A DNA stretch of 64,000 bases from Octopus vulgaris (Eukaryota), in the NCBI GenBank assembly GCA_951406725.2, contig OX597814.1, positions 144,584,001-144,648,000 of the forward strand, read 5' to 3'. The notes under the pieces are model-generated. The model saw only the letters and a list, made by a program, of their open reading frames with translations. It had not been told where the DNA came from and did no database searches. Position 1 is the stretch's first letter; the number at the start of each line of letters is the position of its first letter. Positions 11,301 to 23,300 of this stretch are shown here, piece by piece. The position numbers were made by a program, and so were the translations under genes.

Positions 11301-14300
11301 GGATAATGTGAAATATTGAACTTCAGATAGAATAAAGTAAAATATAGCTATGAATAAAAGATGTGTAGATTATGAATTTTGATTTAAGGGATGTTAATAA
11401 ATGTTACCTTTACTGATAGTACTAATTGACAGGAAACTTGTTATAAGTTATTTGCAGAGCTATACTTAAGTTAGAGTAATCAGGTAATTCATGGGAAAAA
11501 ATATGTCCAAATAGAAGAGATCACAATGGAACAAGTTGTAGAGGATAATGTAGTTTAATCAAGTCCCTGGCAAGATATTGCACTAAAAGCCCAAAAAGAA
11601 ACCATGATGTTGCACTGTAAGCTTACCAAACCTACAGAGAGAGGCTGCACCACAAATTCGTGGAGGACTGCTACACTACAAAGCCATGCAGAACGGCTAC
11701 AAATACAGGTCCATGGAGAGATGCTACCACTACAGACCCATGGAGAGCTGCTGCCACTACAGATCCATGGAGAGCTGCTACCACTACAGATCCATGCAGA
11801 GCTGCCACCACTACAGATTCATGGAGAGATGCTACCATTACAGATCCATGGAGAGCTGTTACCACAATAGATCCATGGAGAACTGCTACCACTACAAATT
11901 CATGGAGAGATGCTACCACTACAAATTCATGGAGAGATGCTACCACTACATATCCATGGAGAGCTGCTACAACTACAGATCCATGGAGAGATGCTACAAC
12001 TACAGATCCATGGAGAGCTGCTACCACTACAGATCCATGGAGAGCTGCTATCACTACAGATCCATGGAGAGCTGCTATCACTACAGATCCATGGAAAGCT
12101 GCTACCACTACAGATCCATGGAGAACTGCTACCACTACAGATCCATGGAGATCTGCTACCACTACAGATCCATGGAGAGCTGCTACCACTACAGATGCAT
12201 GGAGAGCTGCTACTACTACAGATCCATGAAGAGATGCTACCACTTCAGATCCATGGAGAGCTGCAACCACTACAGATCCATTGATAGCTGATACCACTAC
12301 AGATTCATGGAGAGTTGCTACCACTAGAGATTCATGGAGAGATGCTACCACAACAGATCCATGGAGAGCTACAACCACTACAGATCCATGGAGAGCTGCT
12401 ACTGCTAGAAATCCATGGTCGGATGCTACGCAACAAACTTATAGAGAGACTAAAGCAGATCTCTCAAACCCATTGTAAGAGTACACAACCAATCACAACA
12501 AGCAATGCCAGTATCAATATAGTGGTAGGGTGTAGCACAAGGAGAGCAATAAAATTTTGAGAACAGAAATAAAACAGCGAATGGTAAAAGATGTTAAATG
12601 AGACATTACAGCAGCCAAGAGTATGAAAATCAAACATCATTGTCATGAAGAGGTCCATAACTATTTCACTATCAGCTGCATCAGTCTTCAACAAGAAATC
12701 AATTAGCAAGGAATTCTCTGGAGAAACAGTTGGCTGGTCACGGCGCTTTGTAACAGCATCTTGCAGATATTTCTCAAGAAAATTCTGAGCTGCAAACAAA
12801 AACAAAGTAAAATATATATAAGTAAATAAATACATAAATTGGTTAAAATGAAAATTATGCTTTATTTAAAGAAAAAAATCAGATTTTAAACAAAATCTTT
12901 CTCGTGATAAGCTTTTTTTTTAGAAAGAAAACTAAATGTTCAGAGGTGAGGTGGCTGTGTTCCTTTTGAGTGTTGGGCCTCACAGAGGCAAAATGGCTGA
13001 GTTCCTTTCGAGTGGACTTCACAGAGGTAACGTGGCTGAGATCATTTTAAGTGTTGGACCTCACAGAGGTGAAGTAGCTGAGATCCTTTCGAGCAGGCCT
13101 CACAGAGGTGAGGTGGCTGAGTTCCTTTTGAGTGTTGGGCCTCATGGAGGAAAAGTGGCTGATTACCTTTCAAGTGTTGGGCCTCACAGAGGCAATGACC
13201 AAGACCTTTGGCATTATGTTGTGCTTGCAAAGAGGACCCATCAAGCCGTGCAAAATCGCAGCTGTGGCAGATACCAGTGTCACGCAAATGGAATCTTTTC
13301 CGGTGGTACACAAAAGCACTCATGACACTTTTAGATTGGTTGGCATTAGGAAGGGCATCAAGTTGTAGAATACCATGCCAAATCAGACTGGAACCTGGCA
13401 CAGCCTTCCAGTCTGTCAGTCCAGTCAAACCGTCCAACCCATGCCAGCATGGACAACAGATGTTAAATGATGAGGATGATCATGATCCTCATACCTAAAT
13501 ATAACAATAACAAAATGGAATGGATGAAGACAAGTTGAGGCAAGTGAAATCGAAATCAAACTCAGTGACTGGCATCCATTGCTAGTGGAGCGCTAAGAGT
13601 ACCATACAAGTGTGATCGTCGCCAGAGCAACAAGCTGGCTTTCATGCCGATGGCAAGTTAAAAACACCATTCGAGCGTGATCGTTACCTGCGTCACCTTA
13701 CTAGCCTTACTAGCACTTGTGCTGGTGGCACGTGAAAAAAACATTCGAGTGAGGTCGTTGCCTGTGCCGGTGGCATGTAAAAGCACCTACTACACTCTCA
13801 GAGTGGTTGGCGTTAGGAAAGGCATCCAGCTGTAGAAACTCGGCCAGATCAGATTGGAGTCTGGTTCGCCAGACCTCAGTCAAATCATCCAACCCATGCC
13901 AGCATGGAAAGCGGACGTTAAACGATGATGATGATGATTCACAATTCAGGGAAAAAAGGCAGTCTACCAGCCCGTTACCTTTTGCAACAGATGCTAAAAG
14001 TACTAAAGAAAAGGAAAGCAGCCATGACTAAAGGGTCAGTGCAGTAGGGAGTACAACATCCTCATCAGTTAACATCCACCTTTTTGTGTTTGCATAGCCA
14101 GATGCATTTCCTATTGCCAACCATCACCTGTTTCCAAGCAGGGGAGCATTTATCATAGCCAGATGTGTTTTTCACAGGAGTCTGGAAGCAAACAGCGTCA
14201 AGTGTATGATGGTGATGCTCATTTGCAACTGTTATGTGATGTCAAGACAGGAGTACACGCATATATGAACACACACACATTTTAACATATGTGAACAAAT

Positions 14301-17300
14301 TCAATGGGCTTCTCTCAGTCTCCATCTACCAAATCCTTTCACAAGGTTTCGGCTGATCTAAGGCTATAATAAAAGACACTTGTCAAAGATGTCATGCAGT
14401 AGGACTGAACCCAAAACCATATGGTTAGGAAACAAACCTCTTACCCACACAGCCACATGTGATGTACCTAATTCTACTCAACCCACAACCACATGATTCT
14501 GAATCGAATTTCTTCACTAGACAGCCACACCCATATTCAAACAAAAACAAAGCAAAAAACATGGTAAATGTGGAAGATATTTTCATACCTTCTTTAAAAG
14601 CTTGTATCCGATGAGACTCTGGTTCAGCCAGATCCTGCAGGCATCTCTGAATTTCATACCAACACTAGACAAATAGAAAGAAATATAAAACAAATTAAAC
14701 ACAAGTGTCTGCTATATACACAGTTCAAGATATTGGATGTCTGTGAACAAAGGATTCATAAAATAAGTAAGTACCTGCAACTGATTTACCACCCCACTCA
14801 AATTGCTGGCCTTGTGATAAAATTTGAAACCAATATATAGACAACAATACAATACTGATACAGGGCAGGTAAGATGCACTAAGCACCAGGCAGGTAAGGA
14901 CATACAAACATAAATGGCAGGTAAGCATTCTTGAATGCACAGAGCAGATATGTGCATGCACCGTACAGCTAGATTATGAGGCATTATCGCTTACCGTATC
15001 AAAATTCCTCCGCAATGTGAAAATCCCCATGTTGTCTTTGAAGGTGTCACCAATTGTGCTAAGGACTTGATATTTAATTGCTAAAGCCATCATGTGCTCC
15101 TCTACAGGAATATGTTGATCGCTCATCACTGACCATTTTGTCAGTAATTCATCAGTAATCTAAGAAAAGAAAAAAGAAACAGTTTGGATTGGATAATTCA
15201 ACATTCATTTACTTTCATCAAGAAAGATTGTACAACTCACAGAAGTAACAAGAAAAGGAAATAAAAGTTCACTGATGAATAAGATAACTGCTTGAAAAAT
15301 AAGATAATGGGCTTTATTTTACATGTGAAGAAGACCAATTTTTATAAGTTTTCTCTGGCACCACAACACTACAATCTTTATCTTCTTCCTAGCTTTTCCT
15401 ACCCACTCTTATATAATGCGGGGTAGCCATGTATCTCTTCTATAGCAAGACACCTGTGCTTGTTCCTCTACCATACTTAACCCTCTAGCATTTAAACCAG
15501 CCATATCCGGCCAAAAGTATTCTTCCTGTTTTATGTTCAAACTGGCCAGATCTGGTCTCTTACACCAACCCTATGATATCGTTTTAAAAATTAACAGCTA
15601 CCTCATCAAAATCTCATAGCTACAAGATAATGCATGATTAGTTCAAAACAATGATGATGGAAAAGCATTAATTTTGGTAGAATAATGCGAACACTAAAGG
15701 GTTAAACCTCTCAATGCTTGGCAAAAAGCCACTTTCCACTCTCAAATACTACCCTCCGCTAGCCGAAGGGGCTTTTTCCAGATCTTTTCCCATCTTGCAA
15801 GTTACTTAGCAACCATGTTGGTGCCAGTGGCATGAAAAAAAGCACCCAGCAAACACAATAAAGTTGTTGGTAGTAGGAAGAGCACCAGCCATAGAAACCA
15901 TGCCAAATCTAACATTGGAACTTAACGAATTCTGTCAAACCATCCAACCCATGACAACACAGAAAACAGATGTTAAACAATGATAATGGTGGTGATGAGA
16001 AGAACAGTTAAGTGAACTTTTAATTCTAGTATCAAAATGTAATTTACTTCTTGGACTCAAGAAAAATAAATGGTAAAGTTAGCTCTAGTAAGATTTGAAA
16101 CTGTAACAGAAAAGGATCTAATTAAATGCATTTTGTCAAACACTCCATGTTAGCCAGCCTGGTTATTTTGTATTGTAAATGGTGAAGTCGACAACAGAAA
16201 TTACAGGTTTCCAATGAGTTAATTACTGGTTTATTGCATTTCTGACAAGAGCAACAAGGGAGTGCCTGTATCTTGGTGTAGAACACACATCACAAGAACT
16301 TCATTCAAAAAGTACTGGTTGACCAGTTTTCTCGAAGTTTATGCTCTTTGTTAATAGAGGTACATTATAGTGGAAAACTGCCAGTGTCATTCCTCTGTTC
16401 AAAAAGGGTGACCGCACATCACCTGTCAACTATCGCCCAGTCAGTCTCACTAGCTGTATTGCAAAACTGATGGAATCGTGTGTCAGAGAAACACTCTGGA
16501 ACTTCTGGAGCTCTCACAGTCTCATCCGACCCTCACAATATGGATTTGTCCCTAACTCCAGCTGCAGTGACCAGCTTGTCGAGTTCCTTGAGGACATTAC
16601 TCAGATCACTGACAGTGGCTCATGGGTGGATGTTGTCTACCTTGACTTTGCTAAGGCTTTCAACTCTGTGCCACACAAAAGGCTTATGGTGAAACTCTCT
16701 GCAATGGGTGTGGGGGATGACCTTTTTAACTGGTTGAAATCCTTCATCCTCAGCCGAAAGGAGGTAGTCACAGTTCTAGGACAGCACTCTACACCATATG
16801 AGATGTCATCGGGTGTACCACAGGGATCTGTCCTTGGTCCCCTCCTGTTTGTGGCATACATTAATGACATAGATGCCAATTTAAAGAATGCCACAGTATT
16901 GAAATATGCAGACGACATCAAGCTGTACCTTGAAATCAAGAGGACTGATCCTGATGTCTACAACTCTTTCCTGCAATCAGACCTAGACACAATGCAGCAA
17001 TGGATCACAGACTGGCAACTGAAACTGGCTGTGGACAAGTGTACCATCATGCATTTTGGGAGAAAAAACCCTGCGTCCACATACTCCCTCCACAACACTG
17101 ATATCAAGAAATCCTCTTGCGAGCGTGACCTAGGCATCACTGTCAGCAGTGATTTGCGTTGGACAAAGCATATCTCTAAAATTGTCAAGAAGGCCGAGGG
17201 TGTCTTGGCATCAATCAGCAAGACTTTTGTTAGCCGCTCTCCAGCCATCTATTTAAAACTGTATACAGCTATGGTACGACCACACTTGGAATTCGCATCA

Positions 17301-20300
17301 TCAGTTTGGAATCCCTATCTTGCTCAGAACATTGACCTCCTGGAATCTGTCCAGAGACGTGCAACCAAACGCATACCCTCCATCAGACACATACCATATT
17401 CTGAGCGCCTTGTTTCCCTGGGCATGGATTCACTGAAGCTCCGGCGTCTAGCGACGGACTTGGTAAACACCCACAAGGTTATCAACCACCTCACCAACAA
17501 CAACACTGAACACCTTTTTGATCTCCATGTGTCTAACACACGTGGACATGCCTACAAAGTCAGAAAACAGCACAGCTCCCATGACTTTCGGAAACATTTT
17601 TTCACGCTCAGGGTTGCTGAAGCGTGGAATAAACTGCCTGCATCAGTTGTTGACTGCCATGACACTGCATCCTTTAAGGCCCTCATGCTTCCCGAAATCC
17701 GTCGAAACTACACCTGATTATATATACACTTTAGATGAGTTGTAGTGCACCTGAGCACTGTACACAATTATTATTATTATTATTATTATTATGTCCCTCA
17801 GTAATAACAGTCCTAGAAAGGCCAGCGTCTGGAAGGGTATACAGCTGTAAAACACGACCACAATGTCTCTCCCAACCCATACCAGCATGGAAAAACAAAT
17901 ATGAAAACAATGGTTATACAACGTATTCATACACGTGCACACAATAGCCTTCCAGTTTTTCTCTACCAAATTCCATTTACAAGAAAAGCGGCGAATGTTT
18001 CAAGGGAGATAACTCACATCAAACTTAGAGCAAGGCCATTTAAAATTAAACGGAAACGGGTTTTATAATTACTACTGTTACTTCAGAGACAGGGTTTCAG
18101 AGTGAACTTATGCCACGTCTTTAGAAATAATTCTTCTGAATTCTTACCCACACTTTCCTTGGCGTGGCTGTGTGGTAAGAAGCTTGCTACCCAGCCGCAT
18201 GGTTCCAGGTTCAGTCCCACTGCATGGCACCTTACTCTTACTATTAACTCTTTTACTTGTTTAAGTCATTTGACTGTGGCCATGCTGGAGCACCGCCTTT
18301 AGTCGAGCAAATCGACCCCAGGACTTATTCTTTGTAAGCCTAGTACTTATTCTATTGGTCTCTTTTGCCGAACCGCTAAACTACGGGAATGTAAACACAC
18401 TAGCATCGGTTGTCAAGCAATGTTGGGGGGACAAACACAGACACACGCACACACACACACACACACACACATCTATATATATATATATATATATATACAT
18501 ACATACATATATACGATGGCTTCTTTCAGTTTCCGTCTACCAAATTCACTCACAAGGCTTTGGTTGGCCTGAGGCTATAGTAGACGACACTTGCCCAAGG
18601 TGCCATGCAGTGGGACTGAACCCGGAACCATGTGGTTGGTAAGCAAGCTAATTACCACACAGCCAGGCTGACCAAAGTCTTGTGAGTGAATTTGGTAGAT
18701 GGAAACTGAAAGAAGCCCGTCGTGTGTGTGTGCGTCTTTGTGTCAGTACCCCCCACCACCACTTGACAACTGATGTTGGTGTGTTTGCATCAACGTAACT
18801 TAGCAGTTTGGCTTTAAAAAAAAATAAGTACTGGGGTCGATTCAAGTGACTAAAAATTCAAGGCAGTGTCCCAGCATGGCTGCAGTCTAATGACTGAAAC
18901 AAGTAAGAGATAAAAGAATAACAATATTTTATCTATTTGTACTTTTCTATACCTACAAGTAATCAGAATTGTACATTTACTTAATGATGCTCTCCTAGCT
19001 CATCATCATTGTTTTAACATCCATTCTCCCATGCTTGCATGGGTCAGATGGAAGTTATTGAAGCAAATTTTCTACAGCTGGGTGCCCTTCTTGTTGCCAG
19101 CTCTAATCTGTTTCCAATATTTTCATTTAGTCAAAGACAGCAAGCTGGCAGAACCATTACCATGGTGGAAAAAAACGCTTAGCAGCATTGCTTCTGACTT
19201 TACATTCCAAGTTCAAATGCCACCGAAGTCGATAAAATAAGTAATCATGCCCACAGGCATATGGTGTAGTGGTTATGTGTGCAGGCTACTAACCCCAAGA
19301 TTCCAAGTTCGAAGCTTCACAGTATTTTGCCTGTTGCTACGTTCTGAGTTCAAATTCCGCCAAGGTCAACTTTGCCTTTCATCCTTTCGGGGGTCAATAA
19401 ATTAAGTACCAGTTATGCACTGGGGTCAATGTAATCAACTTAATCCGTTTGTCTGTCCTTGTTTGTCCCCTCTATGTTTAGCCCCTTGTGGGTAATAAAG
19501 AAACAGATAAAATAAGTAATCAGTTGAGCACTGAGTAATCAACTTGCACCCTGCCCCACAATTGCTGGTCTTGCACCAAAGTTTAAAAACCAATATTTTC
19601 TTTTAGTTGGAGATATTCTCATGGAAGATTGGAAACAACTGATACCAGCTGTATGAGGTCAGGCTTGCTTACAACTATCACACAATATCAAGACAAGGAG
19701 ACACAAACACACTATAAGCTTCTTTCAGTTTACATCAAGGCTTTGAGCAGCCTAGGGCTATAGTAGAAGCCACTTGGCCAAGGTACTATGCAGTGGCATT
19801 GAATCTGAAACCATGTGGTAAGGAAAAGAACTTAATCACACAGCCATGCTTATGCCTCACAGCACTCACACTACTTCAGTAAGTACAGGGAAGTATATAT
19901 GCTTAGCTGAAGAAGTCAAAAACAAAAACATGCCCAGAGTTGTCCCCTGTATTTGTTAAAAGATTCCAAATAATGATTACCTTACTAGAATTAATCTTTT
20001 GATGTGCGTTGCATTAAATATGTTAATGTTATTAACACTAACTATTCTGGCTTTGTTTGAGAAAGAAAGAAAAAAAAGAATCCCATCCCTAAAATTCCAG
20101 CAAGCCAAGTCCATGAACCCGTTTTGATTCCAAGCTGAAATATGTTTCGAAGCTGTTATAAGCCATCCAACTACCACATTTCCTATCCCCATATAAATAG
20201 GCAACCTTATCACCTAAGGAAGAAATATCTATTCATATAATCAGAAAACAAGCACTGTAGATGTAAATTTAATTTCTAGTCAGTGAGTTGGCAGAGTCAT

Positions 20301-23300
20301 CAGAGCAACAGATGAAATGCCTTATAGAATTTTTTCCAGCTTCTTGCTTTCTGAGTCCAAACCCTGCTAAGTTCAACTTTACTTTTTATTCTTCTATGGT
20401 CAATATATAAAGTGCTGGTCTAAGGCAGTGCACTGGCAGAAATGTTAGAACAATAGACAAGATGCTAAGCTATGGAGACATAAACACACCAGCATCAGTT
20501 GTCAAGTGATAATGAACAAATTTATTAGAGAAAAGGTTATAGAAAGTTTTCTGATAAATGGAGATAAACAGGAGCAAAATTGTGATCTATTTTATAATGA
20601 AAGTAATTCAAGTAAGAATTGGTTGACTCAGTATGAAGTGGGTATAAAAATGCATGACTGAGAGATTCAGGTGATGAAAATTCATTTCAAATGACTTATT
20701 AAGAACATGAAATACCTTTGCTATAATGGTGGAATGTGTTTTGATGGAATTTTCATTCAAAGACTTTGTAAATTTAATTCTACGTTGCTTTCCTGATTCA
20801 TCACCATTAAAAAGGCTTTCCGATCCCAAAAGTGGTTCAAACAGCAAGTAGACTTCACCTAAAATGTTTGATAAAAATTATAATAGAAATACTGAACAAA
20901 CAACAATAACACAAACTACCACAAGCAGAACTAGAAAATAAGTGAAATTTAGAAAAATAAAATGGTTGGTAAAAATTTAATAATGACTACTTCAGAATTT
21001 TAAATTCAAACTGATATATGTATATATATATTTGACTATTACATTAAAATTCCAAGTTCAAAGTCTACTGTGAACAGGTATCATGGAAACTCTGAGGTTT
21101 AGAAAAGGATTGTTTTTTCCTTTTTATATGATATTTAGAATTTTCTTCATCAATAAGGGTTAAACAATTCTTACTTGATCGGTCAACAATTTTCTTTTGG
21201 TTCTTGAAAAGTTCTGGAGATGCCAGACTGATAATTTGGTAATTTGACATCCAAAAAGAAGTGATGGAACCATACTGCTTATGTATATTGATTAGAAATT
21301 CATGAAGACTTCCAGAGCGAATAATGTCAGCCAAATTTCCATCTCTGTAAAATAAGAGGGTTTAGTCATTTACATTGTTAAAACATCATTAATTTTTTTG
21401 AAGTTCAAATCAGAAGAGAAAAATAGAAAAAGACATGACATATTATGGATATTATGTCGGGAAAAAGGAGACGACTACATCATTTTTCTTCACATCAATA
21501 AAACCTAAAAACTAAATTCTGTATGAATTAAAATCTGGCATACTAGATTTTTATTCAGCCAGGTGGCTATTCACAATATTAGCATTTTATTCATCTTTCT
21601 CTATATCAAAGACAAAGAGTTCTCATTCAAGCATGTTAGGGAATAGAGATATAAAGTTGTTGGATTATGATCATCAAAAGAAAAAATGTCTACTATCATT
21701 TTATCAATTATATTTTGTTCTTTTAGTAGTTACAGTTTCTGTTTATTAAAAGATATGTCCATAAGAGATGTTACTGCAATAACTGACCTCTCAACAGTGT
21801 ATATACCTTAGGTATGATACATAGATAGTTATTTTACATTCTGTATATCACTTATTTCACATGCCTCATATAAATTTCATTTGGAAAGACAATCCCTTTT
21901 CTACTAAATGCAAGTAGCACCTCTTTAAGTGGTTTAACTAACACAATCAAGCCACTGAAGTATCATCTTTATAAACAATGAAACAACTTACAAATAAGTA
22001 GCAGAATTCCACACAAATCTCTACACCTTTCTTTTCAAGGTCATATTTCAATTTAGATACACCATGTGTTACAAATCATTTCATAAATAAACAAGTATTT
22101 GGTAAAATATCCTTTTTACCTCTGCCTTAGTGAAGGCACAGGTGTTGTTTTCAGTCATGTTTGTTTGAGAGCAGTCAGGTTCATTTTTAGTATTCTCATT
22201 TGTGAGAGCAGTTGAGTTTATTTCAGATATTCTCATTTTAAAAATCATCTCTGGCTAAATCGTTGAGAGGACATTAGTGTTGCCTTGGCAGAGGTTTGTG
22301 CTCTTGTTATTATTAAACTAGTGTTTGGAACATGAAGTAAGAGTGAACTGCTTAAGCAAGATACTTACAAAAGAGCTAACACAAAGAATGTTATAATTCT
22401 GAGCCTTATGATACTATTTGTTCTTTTACGTTTTTCCATATTTCCATGGATTAGACCAGAGGTTCTCAACCATTTTTTAAATATAGACTCTTTTGATTAC
22501 TAGTTTATTCAGGTGGACCCCCACAGCCATTCTATATTAAAAAAGACTAGTTTTATAGAAACTTCTTTCAAAATTCCTATTTTGTTTTTCACACATTAAC
22601 TTATCTAAGTTGAACTACGTAAAACGTTTGAGAAAAAAAACCTAGCTATTTCTTGCAAATCATACCAATATATGCATCTAAAACAACATCTTTTCAGAGG
22701 CCCTTAAAATTATATTGTGGATTCCCAATTTACTATTTTGTTGTGTGGACCCCCAAAAATCTTACATGGACCTTCAGGGGCCATGTGGACCCCAGTTGAG
22801 AACCAGTGGGTTAAACAGATACTTATTGAAGTATCTTATTTTTGCCTTTAGATACAGGTCTAAAGTAAATTCTCACAGTACAGTAATTCCCCATTCCCAC
22901 TGAACAGACAGGAATATTCTTGTATATTTTTTTCATAAAACAACAAAAATGAACATACTGTTTGGAAGATGGTTCAAGTCCCAGGATTGTAGTTGGTCGT
23001 CTTGAACCCTAAAAAGAGAATTTTAAAAAATATTTAAATATAAAGATATAAAACAAAAGAAAAAAACATTTCCTTGCTGATGCCAGATGTGCATCATAAC
23101 TTTCCATCCTTGATGTTCAATCCCAGGTCAGCACTGACCGAACAAGCCTATGAACAAAGACATTGCAGCTGAGAAGGCACTGGTTATATTTTAGGAGCAG
23201 TCATGGCTGTGTAGTTAAGAAGTTTGCTTGCAACCATGTGGTTTCGGGTTCAGTCCCACTGAGTGGAATCTTGGACAAGTGTCTTCTACTATAATCATGG

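Noticed and set aside
11640-12430. CRISPR-like array or reflectin-like gene
   Set aside because: Units are contiguous with no unique spacers, there are no cas genes and the context is eukaryotic. The MESCYHYRS frame lacks the reflectin M/FD(X)5MD(X)5MD motif.
16470-17717. Host gene or retron-type reverse transcriptase
   Set aside because: CR1-type motifs, 5' truncation and a microsatellite 3' tail identify a LINE fragment.
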